NCBI GenBank assembly: GCA_965112735.1 | Contig: OZ218962.1 | Location: 2,728,001 to 2,792,000, forward strand | Source: Phaeosaccion multiseriatum | Taxonomy: Eukaryota > Protista > Ochrophyta, other classes | Length of the DNA: 64,000 bases | Direction of reading: 5' to 3' | Shown here: positions 1 to 17,836 of the stretch, in pieces | Position numbering within the stretch: position 1 is the first letter of the stretch | How the letters are laid out: every line of letters begins with the position of its first letter | The notes under the pieces: generated by a model | Told to the model about the DNA's origin: nothing | The model's database searches: none | The model's input: only the letters and a program-made list of their open reading frames with translations | Program-made: the position numbers and the translations under genes

Positions 1-1566
1 GCTGCTTCTTGTGGAAGTCCTGTGTGTGTGAAGATGCTGCTCGAAGCTGGGGCCAATGTATTTGAGAAGGATGAGGAGGGTGGCACGCCTGCCCAGGGCT
101 GCTGCAAAGGGTTGGAGGGGAGAGGAGGCTCACCAACCGAGCGGGCCGAGGCTCTGTCGATGTTGCTCAAGAAAGGCGCAGATGTGCATGTGAAGGACGC
201 AAATGGCGATACTCTCTTGCACACGGCTGCGGCTCACGGGGTTGAGCATTTCATCTCCATTCTTGTGGGTAGAGGGCTGCAGGTCGATGCAACGAATACA
301 AGTTTGCAAACGCCGCTCCACTTGGCCTCTTGGTGGGGATCATTGCCATGTGTGAAAGAGCTCATTCGCCATGGTGCCCCCCTTGATACTGTAACTGTAC
401 ACGGCAACACCCCCCTCCTGTTCGCTGTCGGCAGGAGGCACAGGAAGGTGGTCAGCGAGCTGATCGACGCGGATGCCTCTGTTCAGATCAAGGGCAACGA
501 CTCGATCACCCCACTGCATGTCGCGGCCGCCCTGGGCAGCATCAACATGGCCTACCTCCTGGTTGAGGCTGGAGCGGCCGTTGATGCCCTCACCGATGAT
601 GGTGCGAGCCCTTTGGTGTCGTGTATGCGGCCTGGAGAAGGGAAGATGACTGAGACGTTGGCCATGTTTGGTTCGTCACAGGGACGTAGGGAAACTCGCT
701 ACAAGATGGTTTGGTTCCTGCTGAAGATGGGCGCTGCTGTTGATGACAAGACACTCACTGTGGCAGCAAAGGCACACTTCGGTGACGAGATTGCCTCTTT
801 CTTCCGCAAGGGAATGGACAAAGTTTGTGCTGTCACTGGCAGGCTCCATGCCATCTCTGACCACTTTTTTTCCACGATGAGCGGTGCTGCGGATGAGAAG
901 GATGACACTACTGTGCGGGTGCGGCTGGTGCATAAGGGCAGTGGAGAGAGGGGCGAGAAGGAGTACGCCTTGAGCATCCCTTTGATGGAGCGGCTGGCGG
1001 CGAGGGTCACTGGGGGACAGGAAGAGAGAGCGAAGACCTCCACAGGTCGCTCAGCCTCCGCGGCAGGCATTCTTCCGAACATGCTCGACCCGAGGAAGCA
1101 CGGCTACAAGGGCGACGAGGAAGACGAAGGAGAGGGGGAAGGCAAGGGCAAGAAGGAAATCAAAGGAGTGGAGCTCGAGTATGATGGCGTGGACTTTACC
1201 GTGGAAGGCTTTGAGGCTGTGGTGAAGTTCGTGACTACGGGCAGTGTGGAGGAGCTGTTGACGAGAAGGCCGGGAGGGGGGGATACAGACGGGGGCACGA
1301 GCAGCAACAGTGGCATGAGCAGCAGAGGCGGCGGAGGAGGGACATCTCAAGGCCAAGGCAGGGCAGGGCACAAGAGGGAGCGTGTGAAGCTGTTCGACGA
1401 CGTCAGAGCGAAGCAGGCTCTGCAGGCAGCAGAATTTTTCTGCTTGGAGGGCATGGCGAAGGAGGTAAAGACGCTGATGGACGAGTACGGGTTTGAGCTG
1501 GAGGAGGAGGGGAGGGGATGGAGAGGAGCACAAGAGCCATCCATCGCGCAAGAGGGCTCGGGTTGA
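1..1566 (+). CDS. Ankyrin-repeat protein with a C-terminal BTB/POZ-like domain (5' end probably upstream of the window)
   Basis: Several ankyrin motifs (GDTLLHTAAAHG, QTPLHLASWWG, GNTPLLFAV, ITPLHVAAALG). The C-terminal segments 'DFTVEGFEAVVKFVTTG' and 'QALQAAEFFCLEGM' resemble BTB helices. The frame is open from the window start and has no introns. Confidence 0.75.
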   Translation, partial: AASCGSPVCVKMLLEAGANVFEKDEEGGTPAQGCCKGLEGRGGSPTERAEALSMLLKKGADVHVKDANGDTLLHTAAAHGVEHFISILVGRGLQVDATNTSLQTPLHLASWWGSLPCVKELIRHGAPLDTVTVHGNTPLLFAVGRRHRKVVSELIDADASVQIKGNDSITPLHVAAALGSINMAYLLVEAGAAVDALTDDGASPLVSCMRPGEGKMTETLAMFGSSQGRRETRYKMVWFLLKMGAAVDDKTLTVAAKAHFGDEIASFFRKGMDKVCAVTGRLHAISDHFFSTMSGAADEKDDTTVRVRLVHKGSGERGEKEYALSIPLMERLAARVTGGQEERAKTSTGRSASAAGILPNMLDPRKHGYKGDEEDEGEGEGKGKKEIKGVELEYDGVDFTVEGFEAVVKFVTTGSVEELLTRRPGGGDTDGGTSSNSGMSSRGGGGGTSQGQGRAGHKRERVKLFDDVRAKQALQAAEFFCLEGMAKEVKTLMDEYGFELEEEGRGWRGAQEPSIAQEGSG

Positions 1567-2177
1567 CCCCTGAGCATATCACCAACGAGCGCAGCAGTAC
1601 GGCTGAGTGAGCTCGCTTGGGTGGGTGCGAGAACATATCATATTATACTAAGTATCTTACATATTATTATACTTCGTATACTTCGTATAGTATATAATTA
1701 TGAAGTACTATAATAAGTAGGAAAGAGAGAAAAAGAAAAATATGTGAGGTGGATGTAGACAACTTACGCCCTTGGTGCGGGCAGAGAGGCCGGTGTCGTG
1801 GGCTTGTGAAAGGAAGGTTCCGAGCAGCGCTGTGCGTTACCCGTCACTGGCATGAAGCGTTAGGAGGGCCGTGGGGGTCGGGGTAGCAGCAGTAGGAATG
1901 CGACGTTCCATCACTCGTCTTTCTTACTACTTCAAGTACTATTATTGAGGATGGGTGTCTGCATTACACTGAGCTTGCTTCCCAGCGGGCGGCGACAAGC
2001 GGCCGCTACCTTCGCTTGGTTGGGAGCCTCTCTTTCATTCCAGACCCCTTTAATCTATTGATGCTACTGAAGGGTTGCAGGTGGGAGCTCCCCCCAGCTG
2101 CGCTCTTATCAAAAGTTTCTATTGTGCGGCGAAGTAAACCAAAGACGAGCGGCATGCTCACCTCTCCCTCTCTTTCT

Positions 2178-2212
<35 letters not shown>

Positions 2213-2491
2213 CCTCTCTCTCTCTCTTGATGTCCGGCTGGGCGGTGCCGCAAGGCATTCGACAAGAAATGAGGCCGCGTGAAGGGTCCACACACAATCA
2301 CATCCACTGCAGCATACACCGTCACGCCCTCTCACTCCCTCGCCCTCTCACTCCCCGAGGGAGGGCGAGAGCCCTCGTGAAAACAGTGGCTGGACAAGGG
2401 TAGTTCCAAGACCCCTCTCGCTCTTTTTCTGTCTCTCTCTCTCTCTCTCTCTCTCTCCTCCTCCCCCGTCCTCCCTCTCACTCACTCCCCC

Positions 2492-7586
<5,095 letters not shown>

Positions 7587-8847
7587 TGTGCTGCTGGCGT
7601 TTCTCCTGCTGCTGCTACTTCCACAGCTGAGAGCAGATATAATCGGGGGGATAGAGGGAAAGGACCGGCATATGAGGGCGCGAGGAGATGGGAGGGCGGG
7701 AGTGGGGAGAGGGCAAAGTTCATCACCAGAAGCAGCAGCAACAGAGATTATCGAGATAGCCGGTCATAGCTCGCATCTCAATGAGACACTAGTCATCCCC
7801 CTGCAACTACTCCTGATGCCCTGCTTCGACTGCTGTCTTCTCTTTGTGTTCAGTGGTGGATGGATGGATACGCTTCGCGATCTACGGCCCGGCTTGTTGG
7901 GAGCAAATGCTCACCACGCATCTCCTCGAACCCCCTCCCCCAGTCGCAATGCACCACCCCCAAGGCTAAACCACTATGGATACCTGATGCTTGCTTATTG
8001 CCGCTTGTTTTCCTTGTCGAGGATGGCGATCCTCGGCTGAGCAAAGAAAGAATCAATGAACTGGAACGGAAACTGGATGGCGGCTTCCGAACCGACGGTC
8101 CCAAAACAAAACACCTACTTGTAGAAATAGAGAGAGAGAAAGAGGGAAGGGAAGGAAGATCCCTCACCAGCAAGTAGTGCAGCTGTCTGGGTCGACGTCA
8201 GACGGCAGGCACTCTACTTTGAGCAACAGCAGTCGCAGAGTTCGCCACTGAAAGGGAGGACGAGGAGAGCCCTGCGTTGAGAGAGGTTCAGAGGTGGAGT
8301 AGCAGCTTGCGGTACTTACGAAGTCCGCACCCAAGGAGCGCAGCGATGAGGGCGAGCAGCAATTGCCGTGATTTTGTGGCCAGATCGGCAAGGAAAGGCG
8401 GGGTGAGGAGGCGGCGGCCTCCAGTATCTGCCTTCTCTTTTTCCTCCTCCTCCTCTCTGTCATCCTATCATCGCCCCCCTCCCCCCCTCTCCGCCCCCAG
8501 GGCTCGTCCGCTTTCTCTTCCTCTGTCTACCACCGCTACTTCCACCACTGTACCTTCTCCCTTGGGAGTCACACGTTCTCAATCATCACTGGTTGTGCGC
8601 GTGGCCGCCCCGAGACCGACGGGACGAACAGCGGCCTTCGATCGTGAGTTTTTCAATATGCATTGTCTTCCCAGCTGCCCCCCCCCCCCCCAAGTCCTCC
8701 TGGATCTCCCAATCCCGTGCCAGAGTCAGCTACTGAGTCCTGCGCTCGCATGCTCACGCGGCCCCCAACCCCATTCCCTGCCCCCCCACAGAATCGAAGC
8801 ATGGGAGACTCGAAGGAGGTTCTACGGAAGCAGCAGCGGCGGGGAGG

Positions 8848-11800
8848 ATGAGCTTCTCAATGTCTAGCAAGGCACGGCAGCAGAGCAGTCCGCAGCAGCA
8901 GCAGCCGCGGCAGAAGAAGACGAAGAAGAAGGAGAAGAAGCAAGAGCAGTTGGTTGTCCCAGGGCCGGGCAAGTTTGACGCGTGGCTTACTGGCGCCACG
9001 CTGGCACATCAGCGTAGCAACACCGAGGGCAGCAGGCACAGTCGCCGGCGAGTACGGATAGCAGCAGCAGCAGGACGAGGAGGAGAAGGACGAGGAGGGG
9101 GACGAGGGGGGGGGGCACAGGGAGGGAGGCGGTGGGGAGGGGAAGGAGAGCTGGAAGCAGGAGAGAAAGAATGGCAAGTGGGGGATCAGAGCAGCAGAAC
9201 GAAGGGCTCCAGCAAGGAAAGGATGATAAAAGAACACACGAATCCGATCAGAGACCACGCCTGGAGGTTCGGCGTCAGACCAGGCGAGGGAGAAGGAGGA
9301 GGTAGTGGGGGTGGTGGTGTCGCGGCAAGCAGCAGCTGGGGGGGCAGCAGGGTAAGCGCGGACAAGAATGGCGAGCGTGAGAACGGACATGATCGACGTC
9401 AGAGGGGTCGTAGAGGGGGTCCACATCACAGCCAAGGGGAGCGCCAAGGTGGCCAGCAACATGAGGTCTGGGCGGAGGAAGGCCACATGGCCCACTACCA
9501 AGGGCAGCAGCCTCGTTCGGGGCATGGCGAGTCTTGGGGAAGGGGATATAGAGAGCAGCAGCGCGAGCCGGCACCAGACAATCCGCATCTTGGCCGCCAG
9601 AGTCAGGGTCACGGTCAGGGTCAGGGTCAGGGTCAGGGTCGGGGTGGTTGGGGTCACGGTCGGGGTCAGGGTGAGGGTCGGGGTCAGGGTGAGGGTGAGC
9701 AGTACCAACAATGGCGGCTTGAGGCGCGGCGGCATCTCGCGCAGCAGCAGCAGCAGCGGCACCAGCAGTGGCGGCAACAGCAAAGTGAGCATGACAACGA
9801 CGAGAACATGCGGAGGCGGCAAGTGAAGTTGGCACGGGACATTTGGCAGCTCGGGGATGAAGGTCGGTGGGACGAGGTCCATGGGGTGATGCAAGAGGCC
9901 CAAAGAGGAGGAGGAGGGCTGGCGGGCGGGGTTCAGCTCAATGCGCACGTGTACGCGGCCGCCATCAAGGTGATGGGCAAGCACAAGCAGTACCAGGAGG
10001 CCCTTCGGCTGCTCAGGCAGATGGACGGGCATGAAGAAGGAGAGGGAGAGGGAGAGGGGGGGGGGGCTTCCCACCAAGGGGCTGACTTACCGCCAGTTGG
10101 TGCTGCTTCTTCTGCTCGTGCTGGTGCTGCTGCTAGTGCTACTGCTGCTGCTGCTGCTGCTGCTGCTTCTGGCGATGCTGGCGGGAGGGCCCCTGGTGTT
10201 GGGAGCAATGCTCCTGGTGTAAGGAGTGCCAGTGGAATGGGACCACCCAAGTCAACAAACAGAAGTGTAACGCCCAATTTGGTTGTGTACACGTGTGCGC
10301 TGGATGCATGTGGAAAGGCGGGGGCGTATGGTGAGGTTCTGCCGCTGGTGGAGGAGATGCGCAGGAGAGGCTTGGAGCCGGACTTGCACTGCTATTCCGT
10401 GCTCATTCACTGCTGTGCGAAGGTACGATGAAACGCCATGAAACGCCATGAAACGCCCCGTTGGTTGAGGAAGGCCGGAAGGGGGTAGGGAGAGGAGACG
10501 AGGGAGGGAAGGAGGGCAGAACCTTAGGACTTGAGGTGTAAGGTAGGGTGTAACGTCATTTTGGAGGGGCGATGTATGTGTGTGCGTGCGTGTACGAACC
10601 AAATTTCCGTCGCCCCTGTGCTGTGCTGTGGTGTGGGGCGGATGCTTTGGGGGCGGACTACAGAACGGGGGTTTTGTGTCTGTGTAGAGGACATGGGACT
10701 AGCACTCTGCCTGTCTCTTCCCCTCCTCCCTCCCCAGCCTCTCTCTGACCCTCTCCATCTGGTCTCACATTGCGTCATCATCCCCCCCGGCCCCCCTTCT
10801 CTCACCTACCATTGCGTACGTATGCCTACTTACGATACTCAGGCGGGACAACCCGGTGTGGCGCTCGACTTCTTCGAAGAGAGCCGCCGTCGAGGGCTGC
10901 AGCCTGATGCCGTCCTGTACGGGGCTTGCATCGATGCTTGCGCTCAGGCCGGCATGTCGCGGAAGGTAAGACAGGCAAAGAGGAAGGAGGGGGGGGGGGC
11001 AGGGGGAGGAAGGAAGGAGGAAGGGGGGGAGGGAGGGAGGGAGGGAGGGAAGGAGGGAGGGAGGGAGGGAGGGAGGGAGGGGGGGAAGGAGGAGGAGGGG
11101 GAGAAGGGGGAGAGAGTGGTGAGGCGTTGTAGTGTACATCGGATGTTATGTTTTGCCTTTTGCCAGGTACGAGTAGGGACGAGGTAGTTGTAGAGCTGGA
11201 TGGTCGCGCCACCCCTCGGCATGTTACGTCATGCGTCCATCGACCTGTGCCAGCTGTGATTTGGTGGTGTACCAACTTTGATAAATGTGCTGTGCTCCTA
11301 CTTGGCGTGCAGGCGCAGGAGCTACTGACGGAAATGCGAGAAGGAGGCCTTACTCCCAACGAGGTGTGCTACTCCGCCACCATCAACGCCTTCGCCAAGA
11401 ACAACGACCACGAGGGTAGGTGGATGGGTGGATGGATGGCATGGATGGGTGGTTTGATGGATGAATGGATGGATGGATGAATGGATGGATGGATGGATGG
11501 ATGGATGGATGGCATGGATGGATGGTTGGATGGATGAATGGATGAGTGAATGGATGGATGCATGGATGGATATGGATGGATGGATGGACGGATCGAAGGA
11601 TGGATGGATGGATGAATGGACGGATGCATGGATGGATAGATGGATGGATTCATGCATGGATGGATGGATGGATGGATGGATGGCAGTGGATGGATGGATG
11701 GCAGTGGGTGGATGGATGGATGGATGAGTGGATTCATGAATGGACGGATGCATCGAAGGATAGACGGATGGATGGATGGATGGATGGTAGTGGATGGATG

Positions 11801-14800
11801 GATGGATGAATGGATTCATGAATGGACGGATGCATGGATGGATAGACGGATGGATGGATGGATGGATGGATGGATGGATGGATGGATGGCAGTGGATGGA
11901 TGGATGGATGGATGGATGGCAGGGCGTGTCCGTTATGGGGCGAGATGGCAGTTCATGTCGGTGAGAGGAATGGTGTACATGACGCGAGTCGGTATGGCCG
12001 AGGCCCACACCATGAAAGTCCTTCTGTATTGTAGCGTCCATCAGTCCAAACAGCCCCCCTCACCCTCCATGCGCTGCCATCCATCCCCTCTTTATCACCG
12101 CATCGACTCCTGTTTTTGGTCTCCCATCGGCTGCCATCCATCCCCACCTACAACACCACAACAGGAGCCATCAAAATCCTCCGGCAGTTCGACGCGGAAG
12201 AGGGCATCAAGCCCACCGCCTTTGCATACAATGCGGCGATTGCGGCCTGCGCCAAGGCTGCTGAGTACGCTCTCGCCGCCTCGCTGCTGGCGGAGATGCG
12301 CGAGAGGGGAGTGGAGGAGGACGGCACAACAGCGGATGTGGAGCGGCGACTCCGGCTGGAGCCAGCGGCCTTGCACTTGATTGAGCAGCAGCAGAAGCAG
12401 CAGTTGGTGATACGGAACGGGCAAGGGGGTCGGGAGGAGCAGCGTGGGCAAGAGAGCGCCCGAACTCGCGTTCCTGCTGTACCTCTATCACCAACTGCTG
12501 ATGCAGGTGAAGGTGGGCAGGGTGGCGATGTGGAAGGTGCTGAAGGAGGGGCACCGTCTGCCGCGACTCTGGGCACGATGATAACCGCGTGTGTGCGTGC
12601 GCGAGACCTGAGCCGTGCGGATAGGCTGCTGGCTCAGATGAGGAACAGCTTCGGGCGGCGGGGATGGCAGCAGACGGTCGGCTCCGAGGCACGCGTAGGG
12701 CACGCCGATGCTGCTCTCGCTGTTGGTAGTGCTGTTGATGGTGCTGTTGGTGGTGCTGTTGCTAGTACTGTTGGTGGTGCTGTTGGTAGTACTGTTGGTG
12801 GTGCTGTTGGTAGTACTGTTGGTGGTGCTGTTGGTAGTACTGTTGGTGGTGCTGTTGGTAGTACTGTTGGTGGTGCTGTTGGTAGTACTGTTGGTGGTGG
12901 TGGCGCACCTCGAAGGCACGAAATGGAGACCCTTTCCAAGTGCTTTGGGGCTGTCATGGAGGCATACGAGGGGGAGGGGCAGACGCAGCGCGTGCTGGAG
13001 CTCCTGCAAGATATGGAGGCCTGCAAGTGAGTGAGGGACGCCGTGGTTGGGGTGGGTGGGGGGGTGGCTGGGGTGGCTGGGGCTACACTGAGGCTGCTTG
13101 ATGATACGTTGGGGGTTTCGCTGCTTGCAAGTGGTTCAGTACCCTATCCAATGTCCTCATGTACCCCTCGTGCCCCAACTGGCTCTCTCACTCTCACCCT
13201 CTCTCTCTATCCTTCTCTTCCTCTCTCTATCTCTCCCTCTCTCCCTCCCTGCATCTTTCTCGATCTATCCCTGTCTCTCTCTGTCTGTCTCTCTGTGTCT
13301 CTCTCTCTTCTCTCGTTCTCTCCCGTTCTCTCTCTCTCGCCCCCCCCCCCCCTCTCTCTTTCTCTCGCTCTCTCTCTTTCTGTCTCGCTGCCTTCTGGAT
13401 GTCGACTATTCACCTCCTTGCCTCGTGTCTTTCCTCTCTCTTCCACTCCTCTCCACCTCACAACCTCATCTTCTCTTCAACACTCTCTTAATACCCCAGG
13501 GTGGAAGTCTGCCAGGAGAGCTATGACGCCTCCATCTCGGCTGCCCTATCCGCTGGCGAGCATGCCACCGTCACCCGCCTCTTGTTCCAGATGCACACCC
13601 GCAACAGCAACAGCAGCAGCAGCGGCGGCGGCGGCGGTATTGCACCGATCCAGGGGGGTAGGAGCTTTGTTCCGAAGGCCGGTGTCTTGGCCCGTGCAAT
13701 CAACGATGTGGGCGGCGTGGCGGGGAGGAGCGCGAGGGCGGTGCAGCTGCTGAGAGATGTGCTGCGCTTTGGGTGGGCCCCCGGGGTGGAGTGCTACAAC
13801 GCTGCACTGCTGGCCTGTGCCAAGGATGTAAGTAAAGGAGTGGGAACGTATAGGTAAAAGTATGCACATGGATGCATTTTGTTTTCAGACTGTGAGCTTT
13901 TGTGCTCGGATCCCTAACCCACCCACGCGATTGCATGCAAACAACGAACGATCCACCAGGTGGGTCACATCTCTCCGCAGCGTACTTCAACTTCAACTTC
14001 AACTTCAAGTTCAAGTTCAAGGTCACGTTCCGCCTCCTCGGCCTCAGTGGCAGCGTCGCTCATCATAGACGTTCTTCATATGATGGAGTTGATGGGCGTG
14101 CAGCCCAACTCGGAGACGCTCGCCTATGCGGTCAATGGACTAGCAAGAGGGGGCAGGCTGAGGCAAGCCCGCGCGGTGTTGCAGGACATGAGTGAGGGCA
14201 GCGGCGACACAAGAAGGAGGCGAGACAAGCACCGAAGAACCAACAACAGCAGGAGCAGCAGCAGAGATGGGGACAGCGGTGCGCAAGGCGTCGTGCCGAC
14301 AGAGGATACTGTGCAGGGCCTCATTCAACTGCTCGTGGCTGCGGGAGATGAGGGCGGCGCAGAGGCGGTGTGCAGAGACGCCATGGAAGATGGGCTTTTG
14401 AACCCCAATTTCTCGCCCAGGTCTGCTTCCAGCCGTGTTGGCAACAGGGACAAAGAGGAGGAGAGGAAGAAGAAGCGCGTTGACGACGTGGGGCTACGCG
14501 GGGGGCGCCCTTTCCTCGAAGCTATGGAAGTCGAGTATGATAGCAGCGACTTGGATGATGATGATAATGAGGAGGAGGAGGACGGGTTTGGGGGTGCTGG
14601 TCATGAGGAGGGCTGGGAGATGGCACTTGATGGGCAGGGCGGAGGGACCACCTCTGAGGTGTTGGATGTGCGGCGGTTTTGGCCGTCCACACTGCCGCTC
14701 GTGCTCGACAAGGCGATGCAGGGACCGGCAATAGACAGGCTGGAGAAGACGAGGCTGGTGCTGTTGGTGGAAGATGGGGTTACGGGAGGCCATTGGAGTG

Positions 14801-15009
14801 GCGCAGGAGAAGAGAGCACGAAGAGCACTAGCACCAGAAGCCAGAGGGCGGTGCGTGAGGGGGTGGAGGCGTACTTTCGGAGACGCTCTCAGATGAGCGG
14901 AGAGGGCGGGGCGGTGTGGCACCTGCGGGAGGTGGAGGGGCAAGTGGAGGGGCAGCAGTCTGACGGCGTGCTGCTCGAAGTAATTTGTTCAGAAGGGGGG
15001 GCAGTTTGA
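8848..15009 (+). CDS. Pentatricopeptide-repeat (PPR) protein with long low-complexity inserts and a possible degenerate C-terminal Smr-like region
   Basis: In-frame exons 8848-10422, 10843-10965, 11313-11415, 12165-13026, 13500-13827, 13981-15009. PPR motifs include [78 protein letters not shown] and [16 protein letters not shown]. The true start may lie further upstream. Confidence 0.85.
11419..11920 (+). repeat. Degenerate (GGAT)n intronic microsatellite
   Basis: Direct reading; lies inside PPR intron 3. Confidence 0.95.
12722..12897 (+). repeat. Coding 24-bp minisatellite (GGTAGTACTGTTGGTGGTGCTGTT) encoding GSTVGGAV repeats
   Basis: About 7 tandem units within PPR exon 4. Confidence 0.9.
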
Positions 15010-15153
15010 TTCTGGTTTCAGTTTCAGTTAGTATCCCCGCTGCCTAAAAGTAACCGCCGAATTCTCATCACTTCTCTTGCAGAGCAGCAGAATGCCGAGG
15101 GGCTGGACTGCAGCAGAGTAAGAAGTTCAGCTGCGGCAGGCGTTTTAAATGTT

Positions 15154-15951
15154 TTGAAGGTTTTGAACTCACTCCAGTCCGGTCGGTTCATGTTCAGCAG
15201 GGGCAGGTCGGTATTCAGAGCATTGGCTGCTCACCGGCCTCGCTTCTTTCAGGGCGTACGAAGGATTGGAGACGACTTGGTGGGACAGGCAGGAGACATT
15301 GAAGTGGACGACGAGGTAATCGACGCGCAGCTGCACGTGGGAGGAGCGAAGGGGCCGAGTGGTGGAGGTATGAGGGGGGAGGAGGCGGATCGAGTCCGCC
15401 GAATATTTGATGCCTCGGGCGCGGGAGGTGGGCTTAGAGCGCAGAAGCACGGGCGGAATCGCCGGGCGAGTATAAAGACGCTCGAGTCTCGAGACGGCAT
15501 GCGGTCCTTGGGGTGGGTAGGCTGGGGAGGCTGGGGCCGAGGGGGGTGGCGAAAGTACAAGGCCTTCGACTTGAGCATGTGTAGGGAGTGCAGACTCGGG
15601 ACGGATCGCGACCCCTTCTTTCCTGGCAAGACGGGTACGGCTCAGCTGCGTCGGAGCCTGAGTAAGCAGGTGCCGGGGCCAGGCGTTCCTTTGGCTCGGT
15701 CTTTTAGTCTCATCTTTCCAGATCGGAGCGTCGATTTCACTGTGGACAACGCGGAGCAGGCAATGGAGCTCACCACTGGGCTGCGACAAATTATTGCCTC
15801 AATAGCAGCGGAGGAAGAGGAGGCGGTTGCAGCAGCAGCAGCATCAGCAGCCGTAGAGGAGTCTCGTGAAGGAGAGCAGAACACCGGCGACGAAGATTCA
15901 GTGGCAGCAGCGACACAAGAGCAAGCCGTAGGGGCAGGAGAAGTTATCTGA
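15154..15951 (+). CDS. PH-domain-like protein (PLC/Num1-type PH C-terminal half); start uncertain
   Basis: 'FDLSMCRECRLG...SFSLIFPDRSVDFTVDNAEQAMELTTGLRQII' matches the end of PLC-type PH domains. The frame is open back to an acceptor-like site near 15082. Confidence 0.55.
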   Translation: MKVLNSLQSGRFMFSRGRSVFRALAAHRPRFFQGVRRIGDDLVGQAGDIEVDDEVIDAQLHVGGAKGPSGGGMRGEEADRVRRIFDASGAGGGLRAQKHGRNRRASIKTLESRDGMRSLGWVGWGGWGRGGWRKYKAFDLSMCRECRLGTDRDPFFPGKTGTAQLRRSLSKQVPGPGVPLARSFSLIFPDRSVDFTVDNAEQAMELTTGLRQIIASIAAEEEEAVAAAAASAAVEESREGEQNTGDEDSVAAATQEQAVGAGEVI

Positions 15952-16767
15952 GATGCGTGGTACACCTCGTTAGCAATGACGCAAAGGGTACATGGCTCTC
16001 CCTGTGGTTTGCCCCCACTGCTGTTGCAGTGAAAAGACAAATCACCAGAGGGAGAAGCTGCAAACAGGCATGACAAGCTCCGTCATGCAATAGCTTGGGT
16101 GGGAGGTGGCCACGACTTCCGCTCGCGGCACCTGCGTTCCCGTCCTTGCATTTTCCAGCGGTAGCGGCGGCAGTTTCGAGGCCAGTCAGCGGTAGCAGCA
16201 GAGCAGCAGAAGCAGCAGAAGCAGGACTACCAACCCCAGCAATCTCAGCCAGCGGCAGCAACAACAGCAGCCTCAAAACGCCGTGAGTGTCAGCAGCAAT
16301 AAGGGGGGGCGATGAGCACACGGACGAGACGGGAAGCATGGCGCCGCCATTATGGGCCCTCCCGACCTTATCCGCAGTCGTGGCGCACACGTTCACGTAA
16401 AGGAATCCCATGTGAAGCACCAACTGCTCTGCTACCGTCGCTGCCAAGTGGTGAGATAGGAAGGAGGGTGGATGGGACATTAGGGTTGTTGTCTGATTGC
16501 TCGAACACAACGACAGGGACGACTATGGACGGGTGCCAGACGCAGCTCTTCTGAAAGCCCGCCTCAATGGCAAGGGTAACCGAGCTTCCATCTCACTAAG
16601 TAAGAGACATGAGGACTATCAATCAATGTCGACTTCACCTCTCCTCATGAGCGATCCATCGAACGAAACCCACTTGTGTGGTCCGTAGTAAGGCAATAAG
16701 CCGAGTGGAGGGTCTCCTTTTGAGCTTTCCTCGCTTTCCTTCCTCCCCTCCCCTCCCCTCCCCTTAG

Positions 16768-17457
16768 CCTCCGGGCTGCGGCAAGACCTCCATCCTTCGA
16801 GACATCGCCTATCAGCTGTCCACGACGAGCGTGCAAGCCGATGGGGTGACGGACAATGTGTTTGTGGTGGACACGTCCAATGAGATTGGAGGGTACGGCG
16901 TGGTGCCGCATCCCGCCATTGGCGACGCTCGGAGGATGATGGTGAGGACCAAGTAGGAGCAAAAGGCGGTCATGATTGAGTGCGTGCAGAACCACACACC
17001 CGACGTGATTGTCATCGACGAGATCTCGCTGCGTGCGGAGGTCGACGCCGCCAAGACCGTGAAGGAGAGGGGTGTCCGCTTGATCGGCAGCGCACATGGG
17101 TCGTTCGAGTCTTTGCTGCGCAACGGGGAGCTCAAGGGCCTGCTAGGTGGAGTGGAGAAGGTCATGCTTGGCGACGCCTTGGCGAAGAGTGACAACGGGG
17201 GCAACAAGATGCAGACTCAGAGGGGCGGGGATCCCATTTTCGATTACATAGTCGAGCTACAGCCTGGGCCGAGCCGCTTCGACAAGTGGTCTATCATCAA
17301 CGTGAAGAGGGCAGTGGACTCGAGGTTGCACAATGGCAAGTACACGGCGGAGGTCAGGGAGAGGGTTCGCAGCGGCGGCGAAGAGGGGGGGCAGACCACC
17401 GAAGCGCTCACCACGAAAGTAGAGACATTCGGAGCAGGAAAAGTCGAGGGCCTTTGA
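16768..17457 (+). pseudogene. Truncated copy of the Ycf45/SpoIIIAA-type AAA+ ATPase gene
   Basis: Starts abruptly inside Walker A (PPGCGKTS). It is near-identical to the 3' part of 24807-27026 but has TCG>TAG at 16954-16956. Confidence 0.85.
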
Positions 17458-17836
17458 CAGCAAGGCTACCGACTTTTTCTGCACGGAGGCGGCAAGAGGC
17501 GGGGCAGGGGTGTCCCTCTTCTGAGTCCGTATACCAATGCGGCGCTGGGGGAGAGCGTAGTGAGAAAGCGCGAAAGCAATCGCACATCCCGGTTTATAAA
17601 ATACTAAAGTATCGTTGAAATTCACTTATCATCCACCCGACAGCCCAACCACATGAAGCGGAATAGGCCGCGCGAGTTGGTGACACATGTTTGCCAGCTG
17701 TGAGTCTGGGGTGGGGGGAGCAACACAGCCCCCCTCGATTCCTTTTTCTTGCTCCTTCCCGCTACCTATAGGGGGAGGCTAATAGGTCACACCCAAGGAA
17801 CGGGTGCCACGCCACCAGCAGAGGCGGAGGAAAGCG

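Noticed and set aside
7600-8840. Short ORFs between purH and the PPR gene
   Set aside because: No recognisable motifs. This is probably a divergent promoter/5' UTR region, although an upstream PPR exon cannot be excluded.
16972-17457. 161-aa ORF as a functional small ATPase
   Set aside because: It lacks Walker A and is the part of the pseudogene downstream of the premature TAG.
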